From positions 1 to 30,517 of the forward strand of contig JAVKIP010000026.1 of NCBI GenBank assembly GCA_031459385.1: DNA of 30,517 nt, written 5' to 3'. Below, piece after piece: positions 20,429-27,915 of the stretch. Under the pieces are notes generated by a model. That model saw only the letters and a program-made list of their open reading frames with translations. It was not told the origin of the DNA and made no database searches. This stretch comes from Candidatus Fervidifonticultor secundus. GTDB taxonomy: Bacteria > Sysuimicrobiota > Sysuimicrobiia > Sysuimicrobiales > Humicultoraceae. The position numbers and the translations under genes are program-made. The stretch's first letter is position 1, and each line of letters opens with the position of its first letter.

Positions 20429-21344
20429 GGCCCTGGCGCGCCGGGCTGTCCGACGCCAGCGCCGACGTGTCCAGGTCACCCAGACCATCGGCGATCGCCG
20501 CCTGCAGCAGCTGACGCGCGCCGGTGCCCAGGGGCAGGCGTACTCCGAGGGCGTCTCCCAGCTGTTCTGCCAGCGCCAGGTCTTTGTGCGCCAGGCGGAT
20601 CCTGAACCCCGGGTCGAACCGCTGCGCCTGCAGGCGCTGCGCGAGCGTCCGGAGCATGGCGCTGTCGGCCGACCCATGCTGCAGCGCCTCGACCACCACA
20701 GGTAGCGCCAGGCCGGCGGCGCGCGCCAGACGGATTGCCTCCACGAGCACCGCCATCGTCGTGAGCGCCACGAGGTTGTTCACGAGCTTGAGGCTGTGCC
20801 CGGCGCCTGTCGGCCCCGCGTGCACGACATGCCTGCCCACGGCGTCGAGGATCGGGCGCACCCGCGCCACGACCTCCGGTGGGCCGCCAGCCATGATCAC
20901 GAGCGTGCCGTCGGTGGCGCCCTTTACCCCGCCGCTCACCGGGGCATCGACCAGGCTCACCCCGCGGGCCGCCAGGCGCGCCGCGAGCCGCCGGGTGGAG
21001 GCGGGATCGCTGGTCCCCATGTCCACCAGCACCTGCTCCGGGGCCATCGCGGCCTCGAGCCCGCCCTCGCCCGTCACCACGGCTTCGACCTCGCGCGACG
21101 ACGGCAGCATCAGCACCACCACGTCGACGAGGGGTGCCAGGGCCACCGGGGTCTCGACGATACCGCCGCCCGCAGCGGCGAGGATGGCAGGCGCGTGCGG
21201 GTCGTGGTGGCGCGTCGCCACCACGGGAAACCCCGCGGCCAGCAGGCGCCTAGCCATGGGCAGCCCCATGGCACCCAGACCGATGACGCCGACACGCGGT
21301 GGGGGCACGGGAGTCGCCGACGCTACCGCGCCGGCTCCAGCCAT
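20391..21344 (-). CDS. NAD(P)-dependent oxidoreductase, 3-hydroxyisobutyrate/beta-hydroxyacid dehydrogenase family
   Basis: VGVIGLGAMG Rossmann motif, DAPVSGG, GTLVIMAGG, GAGHSLKLVNN, KDL..A. Confidence 0.9.
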   Translation of the reverse strand: MAGAGAVASATPVPPPRVGVIGLGAMGLPMARRLLAAGFPVVATRHHDPHAPAILAAAGGGIVETPVALAPLVDVVVLMLPSSREVEAVVTGEGGLEAAMAPEQVLVDMGTSDPASTRRLAARLAARGVSLVDAPVSGGVKGATDGTLVIMAGGPPEVVARVRPILDAVGRHVVHAGPTGAGHSLKLVNNLVALTTMAVLVEAIRLARAAGLALPVVVEALQHGSADSAMLRTLAQRLQAQRFDPGFRIRLAHKDLALAEQLGDALGVRLPLGTGARQLLQAAIADGLGDLDTSALASDSPARQGLNRPRGPAPHPG

Positions 21345-22891
21345 GTGTTCCAGAAGTAGTGGGACGGCAAGCCGTTGTAGCCCTTGAGCTCCGGCCGGTG
21401 CCCGTGCATGAAGAACCCCTCGCCGATGATCACCATGGGCAGTTCGCGCCAGAACAGCGCCTGGGACCGCCGCCAGAGATCCATGCGCACCCTGGGGTCC
21501 GCGTGGCGCCGCATGAGCGCCAGCAGCGCCGCCTGCTCGCGGCTCTCGTAGCCGCCCACGTAAGTGGGGCTCAACGCCAGGTGGATCGTCGGGTCGGCGA
21601 CCGTGGGGAAGTGGACCGGCGTAATGTCCCAGCCCTCGGCGCGGTTGCGCAGCGTCTGGTTGGTCGGCCAGTCGGTGACGATCAGCTCTACGGTGAACCC
21701 CGCGCGCTCCAGCTGCGCCTTGGCCACGGGCGCGGAGTTGTATGCCCAGAAGAAATCGGAGATCACGAGCCAGCGCAGCGGCTCGCCGCGGTAGCCGGCT
21801 TCCTGGAGGAGCCGGCGGGCCAGGGCCGGATCGTTCCGGTTGTAGACCTCCTTGCCGGCGTCGGTCCACATGTAGTGCTCTTTGGGCAGCAGGCTGGGGT
21901 TCAGCCGGAAGAACTCGGGATGGCCGTAGGTGGCGCGGAGGATCGTGGGCGCGTCCAGGGCGGCCGCGAACGCCTGACGCAGCTTCAGGTTGGTCATGGG
22001 GCCGGAGCGCTTGTTGAAGACGAATGCCAGCGTGCTGGGCAGCGGCGCCTTGATGGGGACGATCCCAGGCTCGCGGCGGAGCCGGTCATACTCGTCGGGG
22101 TTGAGGATCTCGGCGAAGTGGGCCTCATTGCGGATCACCTGCGCCGTCCGCACGGCCGCGTCCGGCACAGGCGTGAAGAGCAGGCCGTCGAGGTACGCGG
22201 TACGCTGGCCCGCCATGCCGTCGGGCTTCTCGGTCCGCGACGCGTACCGGTCGAACCGCTCGAACCGAATGTGCCGGTCGGGGACGTACTCCACGAAGCG
22301 GAACGGTCCTGTGCCCACGAAGCGCCGCAGCGGCGCGCTCCCGACCTCGTCCAGGACCTCCCTCGGGTAGATCACGGCCGGCTGGGCCCACCAGGCCAGA
22401 TCGGTGATGAGGAGGACGTTGGGCTCCTTGAGCCGGATTGTGACCGTGGAAGCATCGCGGGCGCTGATGGCCTCCACGTTGGCGAAAACCGTCCGGCCGC
22501 GGGGGCTGACGCGGCCCCACCGGACCAGCGACGCCACCACGTCGTCGGCCGTCATCTCGCGCCCGTGGTGGAACGGCACACCGCGCCGGACGGCGATGGT
22601 ATAGGTCTGCCGGTCCGGGCTGACGCTGAACCGTTCCGCCAGCATGGGCACCGGCTGCAGCCGGCTGTTGAGGGTGAACAGCGGTTCGAGCGCGTGGTGC
22701 ATCACGTAGGCGGCGATGAGCGCCGTGGTAGCGTGTGGGTCAAGGGTCGGCGGATCGCCGGCCAGCGCGAAGCGCAGCACGCCGCCGCGCCGGGGCTGCT
22801 GGGCGTGGCCGGGGGGCACGAGGGGCCAAAGCGCCAGCACAGCAGCGAGCGTCAACCCAATGAGGCAGCCGCCGAATCGTGGGACGCGCAT
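21323..22891 (-). CDS. ABC transporter substrate-binding protein, family 5 (peptide/nickel type)
   Basis: Signal peptide, RRGGVLR..DPPTLDP, FHHGREMTADDVVASL, GTGPFRF; GGAGGT SD at 22901-22906 on the minus strand. Confidence 0.92.
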   Translation of the reverse strand: MRVPRFGGCLIGLTLAAVLALWPLVPPGHAQQPRRGGVLRFALAGDPPTLDPHATTALIAAYVMHHALEPLFTLNSRLQPVPMLAERFSVSPDRQTYTIAVRRGVPFHHGREMTADDVVASLVRWGRVSPRGRTVFANVEAISARDASTVTIRLKEPNVLLITDLAWWAQPAVIYPREVLDEVGSAPLRRFVGTGPFRFVEYVPDRHIRFERFDRYASRTEKPDGMAGQRTAYLDGLLFTPVPDAAVRTAQVIRNEAHFAEILNPDEYDRLRREPGIVPIKAPLPSTLAFVFNKRSGPMTNLKLRQAFAAALDAPTILRATYGHPEFFRLNPSLLPKEHYMWTDAGKEVYNRNDPALARRLLQEAGYRGEPLRWLVISDFFWAYNSAPVAKAQLERAGFTVELIVTDWPTNQTLRNRAEGWDITPVHFPTVADPTIHLALSPTYVGGYESREQAALLALMRRHADPRVRMDLWRRSQALFWRELPMVIIGEGFFMHGHRPELKGYNGLPSHYFWNTWLEPAR

Positions 22892-22928
22892 GGGACACGG
22901 ACCTCCGCAATACGCGGTAGTTGACGTG

Positions 22929-22937
22929 ATTATACCA
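22929..22937 (-). promoter_or_regulatory. Extended -10 promoter for the binding-protein/dehydrogenase pair
   Basis: Minus strand TGGTATAAT about 38 nt upstream of the ATG. Confidence 0.65.
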
Positions 22938-23253
22938 TCGCGCACTCGCTGCCCTCAGACCGGACGGTCGCCGGCCCAGGCCCACGCGACGTCATCCGCC
23001 ACCAGCACCTCGACGGGGGGCGTACGACGAGGCCTACGAGAAGCCGTGGCGGCGGTCCGCCGCCTCCTGGCAGCGGGCGCAGTTCGAGGCGCGGGTTGGG
23101 TGGCCCACCCCCCGAGAACCACCCCGCCGTTTCGTGCGGAGGATGTCCGCTGGGTTGAGAACTACGGCGCCCGGGGACGACACCGCCGTGCCCTTCAGTG
23201 CAACACCTCACGGTTCGTCCCAGGGACGCTGACCCTGGTTCCACGCACAGGCC

Positions 23254-23328
23254 TGGTGGGCGAGGAGGGTCTTGAACCCCCGACCTCCTCCGTGTAAGGG
23301 AGGCGCTCTTCCGCTGAGCTACTCGCCC
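23254..23328 (-). tRNA. tRNA-Val(TAC)
   Basis: GGGCGAGTAGCTCAGCGGAAGAGCGCCTCCCTTACACGGAGGAGGTCGGGGGTTCAAGACCCTCCTCGCCCACCA; full cloverleaf with CCA. Confidence 0.96.
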
Positions 23329-23333
23329 GCCCC

Positions 23334-23342
23334 AGTATAGCA
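23334..23342 (-). promoter_or_regulatory. Extended -10 promoter of tRNA-Val
   Basis: Minus strand TGCTATACT, 5 nt upstream of the tRNA. Confidence 0.65.
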
Positions 23343-23655
23343 CCGCGACTCCGTGCTTCGTCCGTCCCCCTGTTGGCATCCTGTGGACAGCCTGTCGATA
23401 CCTCTGACCATCAATTCCGACCGGTGTTTTATATTACGGTAGTATTTAGCCATATCTCTTAGGCACCGTATGTTACTGTGCGGAGTTTGGGCATCCATGT
23501 CAGGCGGTCGGAGTCAATCTTCCGGGAAATCCTGTTGTGTCAGACCTGGAGCCCACCTGACCGCAGGGAAATCTTCGAATTTTGACGAATTGCCGGTCGA
23601 ACAGCCCGGCTGGGGTGAGAGCCGGCCGATGGCGGTCAACCTGAGGTGACGCCTA

Positions 23656-24345
23656 GTGAAGAAGCTGGCTCAGCCGCACCTGGACACGATCCTTCGTCTG
23701 CTGGAACTGGCAGACTCTCCCCAGAATCTGGAGGCCATGCAGTACGTGGTCTTCCAGTTCGACTTCAAAGACTACGAGCAGTTTATCATCGAGTGCCCGC
23801 CAGGCAGCATCCGGTTCAACAACCTGCTGCGGGTGGCGGTCTTCTGCGACAACTTGGGCTTCCTGGTCGAGCACGATGCGGTCGATCGTGAGACGGTCTA
23901 CGAGCTGTTCCCGATTCCCTGGGCCAAGATCGAGCCCGTCATCCAGGGGATGCGACGCGAGCTGGACTGGCCCGACGCCTTTGACTACTTCGAGCGCCTC
24001 GGCCGCGACTATATCAAGTGGTGGGAAGCCAAACGGAAGCGGCTGAAGCCGCTACCGCCGCTGGAAGAGTCGAAAGCGGCACCTCGGGCGCTGACGGTGG
24101 CCAGGACGCGGCCGCCGGCTCCGGTGCGGCCGTCGGCACCCCCCCGACCCGCGACCGCCGTCCCGGGCGCCCGCCCGGGTGTCCCGCAGCGGCCACAGCC
24201 CGGGGCGGGGCCAGCCATGCGCGTCGTGCCCAAGCCCGAGACCAAGCCGGCAGGCAAACAGGCCGGGGAACAGCGCAAGCCCGCCGAGGCAGCGCGCGGG
24301 AAATCGGCGCCCCGGCCGAAGCCGCAAGCCAAAGCGCGCCGCTGA
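23656..24345 (+). CDS. Hypothetical protein: DUF4760-like helical domain plus Pro/Ala/Arg/Lys-rich tail
   Basis: Host-like codon usage, GAGGTG SD; pattern FCDNLGFLVEHDAVD...W..IEPVIQGMR...PDAFDYFERL recalls DUF4760 (from memory). Confidence 0.7.
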   Translation: MKKLAQPHLDTILRLLELADSPQNLEAMQYVVFQFDFKDYEQFIIECPPGSIRFNNLLRVAVFCDNLGFLVEHDAVDRETVYELFPIPWAKIEPVIQGMRRELDWPDAFDYFERLGRDYIKWWEAKRKRLKPLPPLEESKAAPRALTVARTRPPAPVRPSAPPRPATAVPGARPGVPQRPQPGAGPAMRVVPKPETKPAGKQAGEQRKPAEAARGKSAPRPKPQAKARR

Positions 24346-24349
24346 CCCT

Positions 24350-24443
24350 CCTGGTGCCACGGGCACCGGTGCCGGTGACCGCGGCGAGCGGTTTACACGG
24401 AAGGACGCTCCCGCGTCATCCCGCTCGGGCAGCCACCGGCGCT
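24350..24443 (-). ncRNA. Candidate small structured RNA (unassigned)
   Basis: 74-nt hairpin 24369-24442 with G-U pairs and a GNRA loop on the minus strand, a second hairpin 24353-24367, and a promoter directly upstream. Confidence 0.45.
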
Positions 24444-24447
24444 TTCC

Positions 24448-24476
24448 ACTATACGGCAGGGTTTCGCATCCCACAA
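24448..24476 (-). promoter_or_regulatory. Candidate sigma-70 promoter for the minus-strand sRNA
   Basis: TTGTGG (24476-24471), 17 nt, TATAGT (24453-24448). Confidence 0.5.
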
Positions 24477-24567
24477 TGCGGTCAGCCCTGGCGTGCGTCG
24501 CCGCGTCGACTACGGCGCCAGGGAAGATCCCGGCCCGGCGCGAAGTCACGCCCAAGGACCTGTGACC

Positions 24568-25272
24568 ATGGTGGTGCTGTACCAGCTGCAGCAGATCGAC
24601 TCGGCGATCGCGCAGGCCGGTGTGCAGCGCGCCGGGCTCGACGACGGAACCGCCGCCCGCGCCGATGTCGCCGCCGCCGAGGCCCACGTGACGCAGCTGA
24701 CGGAACGCCTCGGGCATACCCGCGCCCGGGCACGGGACGTGGAGCTGGAGGTCGCGGCGCTGGAGGCCAAGCGGGCGCGCGTGGAGGCTGACCTGTACAG
24801 CGGACGGGTGCGGAACCCCAAGGAGCTGGCCGCGATGCTGGACGAGGTGGCCCAGCTGGCGCGCCAGAAGGATCGCCTGGAAGATGAGCTGTTGAACCTG
24901 CTGAGCGACATCGACCGGCTGGAACCAGCGCAGCGGGACGCCCGGCGTCGCCTGGAGGATGCCCAGCGTACGCTGGGGGCCCGGCTGGAGGCCTATCGAG
25001 CGGCGGTCGCCGACCTCGACGCCCGCCTGACTTCGCTCGAGGCGCGCCGTGCCGCGCTGTGCGAGCACGTCGAGGAGACCGTCCGACGCCGCTACGACCG
25101 TCTGCGGCAGGCGAAGGGCGGGATCGCTGTGGTTGCGATCCGCGACGGTATCTGCGAAGGCTGCCACGTCGTCGTGCCCGAGCGTCTCGTCGTCCGCCTG
25201 CAGGACGACCCCGAGCTGCTGGCCACGTGCGACGGCTGCGGACGGCTCCTCGTCGTGCCTCCGGCGCCGTGA
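24568..25272 (+). CDS. Coiled-coil C4-type zinc-ribbon protein (DUF164/zf-RING_7 type)
   Basis: LYQLQQIDS start, long heptad-rich region, RNPKELAAM, YDRLR...AVV..ICEGCH...TCDGCGRLL. Confidence 0.88.
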   Translation: MVVLYQLQQIDSAIAQAGVQRAGLDDGTAARADVAAAEAHVTQLTERLGHTRARARDVELEVAALEAKRARVEADLYSGRVRNPKELAAMLDEVAQLARQKDRLEDELLNLLSDIDRLEPAQRDARRRLEDAQRTLGARLEAYRAAVADLDARLTSLEARRAALCEHVEETVRRRYDRLRQAKGGIAVVAIRDGICEGCHVVVPERLVVRLQDDPELLATCDGCGRLLVVPPAP

Positions 25273-25297
25273 GCGGCAGCGGGCCCGGGGGTGCGCT

Positions 25298-25963
25298 GTG
25301 AAAGTACGCCTCTTCGTGGACGGCGCATCCCGCGGTAACCCGGGGCCGGCTGGCCTCGGTGCGGTGATCCAGGACGCGCGCGGCAAGACCCTGGCCGAAC
25401 TCTCCGAGGCCCTGGGGGAAACCACTAACAACGTGGCCGAGTACCGCGCCCTGCTCCGCGGCCTGGCCGAGGCGCGGGCACTGGGCGCGGACGAGGTGGA
25501 GGTGTTCGCCGACAGCGACCTCCTCGTGCGACAGGTGACGGGCGCCTACCGCGTGAAGAGCGCCCACCTGCTGCCGCTGTACCAGGAGGTCCAGACGGTC
25601 CTCGCGGGGTTTCGCCGCTGGCGCATCAGCCACGTGCCGCGGGAAGAGAACGCGGCCGCCGACACCCTGGCCAATCAGGCGATCGACGCCGCGGCTCGCG
25701 ATCGGGTGGTGGAGCTGACCGCGCTCACGCTCCCGACCGCCCGTGGCTGGCGGGCGTGGGTCCCAGCGCTGCCCGGCTGCGAGGTCACGGCTGTAACCGA
25801 GACAGCGGCGCTCGCACGCGTGCGGCGCCTTGCCGCCGCCCACATGGCGAAAGGCTCGCCCGCGGGGCCGCGACCGCCGTTGCCGCGGGAGCACCGCCTG
25901 CGGTTCTCGGTGGAGAAGGCATCAAGGGAGACCACGGGAGCAGAGCCGGGACAGGGCGACTGA
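25298..25963 (+). CDS. rnhA: Ribonuclease HI (archaeal-like/Rv2228c-like) with a C-terminal HicB-like domain
   Basis: DGASRGNPGPAG, TTNNVAEYRAL, DSDLLVRQ, HVPREENAAADTLAN; tail GWRAWVPALPGCEVTAVTETAALARVR. Confidence 0.9.
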   Translation: MKVRLFVDGASRGNPGPAGLGAVIQDARGKTLAELSEALGETTNNVAEYRALLRGLAEARALGADEVEVFADSDLLVRQVTGAYRVKSAHLLPLYQEVQTVLAGFRRWRISHVPREENAAADTLANQAIDAAARDRVVELTALTLPTARGWRAWVPALPGCEVTAVTETAALARVRRLAAAHMAKGSPAGPRPPLPREHRLRFSVEKASRETTGAEPGQGD

Positions 25964-25980
25964 ATCCCCGGCGGCTCGCC

Positions 25981-26071
25981 GCGTCGTGGCCGCCCGTGGA
26001 CGGGTGATCGCGCCGGGCCGGCGAGCGTCCGTGGCCGGGTGGTGGTGTATGGCCCGGGGCGTCCGTGGCCG
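25981..26071 (+). repeat. Three direct copies of GCGTC(C)GTGGCCG
   Basis: 25981-25992 (one C missing), 26025-26037 and 26059-26071. Confidence 0.6.
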
Positions 26072-26080
26072 CATGGGGGC

Positions 26081-26118
26081 GTGGGCGCAAGGTCGCCCGC
26101 AGCCGCGGGGCGGCTTTT
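26081..26118 (+). terminator. Tandem hairpins with a short T-tract; probable terminator after rnhA
   Basis: GTGGGCG/CGCCCGC, then AGCCGC-GGG-GCGGCT-TTT. Confidence 0.45.
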
Positions 26119-26134
26119 CCCGTGACCCCGGCGG

Positions 26135-26143
26135 TGCTACGAT
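26135..26143 (+). promoter_or_regulatory. Extended -10 promoter of rnpB
   Basis: TGCTACGAT ending 7 nt before the P1 stem. Confidence 0.6.
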
Positions 26144-26150
26144 AGCTCGT

Positions 26151-26515
26151 GGGAGCAGGCCGGACGGTCGCGGCGCAGTCTGCGCCGAGGAAAGTCCGGG
26201 CTCCGCAGGGCAGGGCGCTGGGTAATTCCCAGCGGGGGCGACCCCCGGGACAGTGCCACAGAAACAGGCCACCGCTACGCCACCGCGTGGCGGCCAGGGT
26301 GCAACGGTGGGGTAAGAGCCCACCGGCGGGCTGGCGACAGCTCGGCCAGGCAAACCCCGCCCGGAGCAAGGCCAGGTAGGGGGAGATGAGGCGGCCCGCC
26401 GATCCCCGGGTAGGCTGCTTGAGGCCGCGGGCGACCGCGGCCCTAGAGGGATGACCGTCGAGCCGCGCGGTCATGACCGCACGGCGGACAGAACCCGGCT
26501 TACAGGCCTGCTCCC
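26151..26515 (+). ncRNA. rnpB: RNase P RNA, bacterial type A
   Basis: P1 GGGAGCAGGCC/GGCCTGCTCCC; GAGGAAAGTCCGGGCTC, AGTGCCACAGAAA, GGTAAGAGC, GAGCAAG, ACAGAACCCGGCTTA. Confidence 0.98.
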
Positions 26516-26572
26516 CTTCCCGTTGTCTGTTGGCCAGCGAACTACCCGCTCGAGGCCCGCGCCCGATCCGTG

Positions 26573-26597
26573 GTGGGACGCCGCCTCGGCGTCCCGC
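26573..26597. terminator. GC-rich hairpin between convergent rnpB and namZ
   Basis: GGGACGCCG-CCT-CGGCGTCCC immediately after the namZ stop; no T-tract. Confidence 0.5.
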
Positions 26598-26600
26598 GCC

Positions 26601-27809
26601 TCAGGGATAGAGGAGGTAGGGGCCGCGCAACACCTCGAACCGGCGTAGCTCCGCCTCCCAGCGGGCGACGATCGCCCACGCAGGCGCCCCGCGCAGGATC
26701 GCCTTCCGGACGCTGCTAGTTCCCCAGACGAAGTCGAACGGGTAGCGCCCGAAGCGAGTCACGAACTCGAGGAGCGTGCCGTGCAGGCGGCGCGTCTCGA
26801 CCAGGATGTAGACCGCCGTCGCCGCCGGCCGGAAGCGCAATGGGTCGGTCAGCCGCAGGCGGACCGCACGGCGCAGGCCGCGCCCGTCAAGATCGTGTGG
26901 TTCGAAGACCACCCCAGGCAGCCGTGCCGCATTGAGGCGCGCCGCCAGTTGCTCGCCATCGAGCCACGGGCTGTGCACCACCTGGAACGGCCAATCCGTG
27001 CCGACCCCCGACGACAGCGTCGTGCCGTCCAGCACACCGGTGGCCGCGTAGTAGAAGGGGGTGACCATCGTGGGGATGTTGGGCGAGGGACGGACCCACG
27101 GGAGGCCCGTATCCTGCCAGGTCATCCGGCGCGTCCAGCCGCGCATGGGGACCACCGTGAGGTCCGCGCCGATTTCGAACAGGCTGTTGAACAGCTGGGC
27201 CAGTTCACCGATGGTCATGCCGTGCACCAGCGGAATCGGGTAGAGGCCGATGAAGGACTGGAACGCGGGCGTCAGGACGGGGCCGTCCAGGTGCAGCCCG
27301 CCCAGCGGATTTGGCCGGTCGAGGACCACGACCGGCTTGCCCGCGTCTCTTGCGGCCTGCATCACCAGCGCCATCGTGGACACATAGGTGTAGGCCCGCG
27401 CGCCGACATCCTGCAGGTCCACCACGAAGAGGTCGACATACGCCATCATCTCGGGCGTGGGGCGACGGGTGGTGCTGTAGAGGCTGAAGACTGGAACCTC
27501 GCCGATGCTGGCGGGGACAGGGCGTCCAGCCGGGACGTCCCCTGCCAGCCCGTGCTCGGGAGCGAACAGGGCCGTCACCAGAAACCGCGGGTCGCGGCGC
27601 AAGGCGACCACGGTAGGCTCGCCGTGGCTAGTCAGCCCCGCGGCGTGCGTCACCAGCCCGATGCGACGGCCCTGCAGGAGGCCCGGTGACTCCAGGAGAA
27701 CATCCACGCCCGGGCGCGTGACGGCTGGCGGCTGCGCCACCGCGGGCACGTCCCCGCGCAGCCCGAGCATGAGCACGAGGAACAGGAGGGCCGTTCGCGG
27801 ACTTCGCAT
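26601..27809 (-). CDS. namZ: Exo-beta-N-acetylmuramidase NamZ family (DUF1343/YbbC)
   Basis: Signal peptide; LFAPEHG, VFSLY, DLQDVGARAYTY, VLDRPNPLGG, HGMTIGELA, WVRPSPNIP, GTDWPF. Confidence 0.92.
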   Translation of the reverse strand: MRSPRTALLFLVLMLGLRGDVPAVAQPPAVTRPGVDVLLESPGLLQGRRIGLVTHAAGLTSHGEPTVVALRRDPRFLVTALFAPEHGLAGDVPAGRPVPASIGEVPVFSLYSTTRRPTPEMMAYVDLFVVDLQDVGARAYTYVSTMALVMQAARDAGKPVVVLDRPNPLGGLHLDGPVLTPAFQSFIGLYPIPLVHGMTIGELAQLFNSLFEIGADLTVVPMRGWTRRMTWQDTGLPWVRPSPNIPTMVTPFYYAATGVLDGTTLSSGVGTDWPFQVVHSPWLDGEQLAARLNAARLPGVVFEPHDLDGRGLRRAVRLRLTDPLRFRPAATAVYILVETRRLHGTLLEFVTRFGRYPFDFVWGTSSVRKAILRGAPAWAIVARWEAELRRFEVLRGPYLLYP

Positions 27810-27915
27810 CGATCCCGGGTGATTCGGGTCGCGCCCGCCGGTTTCCTGGCGGGCTGTCCTTGATCGTCTCGCCGGCGGACCGGGGCCGGCCGTCCGCTAT
27901 CCCCGAAGCGGACCG

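Noticed and set aside
21345..21869. N-terminal extension of the 492-aa dehydrogenase ORF
   Set aside because: Alternate frame within the binding-protein gene; the Rossmann motif begins just after ATG 21344
18707..23328. Region between the two tRNAs as an integrated element
   Set aside because: No integrase, no duplicated tRNA 3' end, host-like codon usage and housekeeping content
23380..23402. TGTGGACAG and TGTCGATAC as DnaA boxes next to an AT-rich patch (oriC)
   Set aside because: Only two degenerate copies and no dnaA/dnaN context
24350..24443. Assignment as SRP RNA or a canonical T-box riboswitch
   Set aside because: CGGAAGGA is present but the SRP CAGG/AGCA symmetric loop is missing; there is no downstream minus-strand gene, AG bulge or terminator for a T-box, and UGGC mismatches Val A73
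24486..24523. Hairpin CCCTGGCG/CGCCAGGG in the zinc-ribbon gene leader
   Set aside because: A single GC-rich stem without other support; expected by chance at this GC content
25981..26071. Mini-CRISPR array
   Set aside because: 13-bp unit, three copies, uneven spacers, no cas genes
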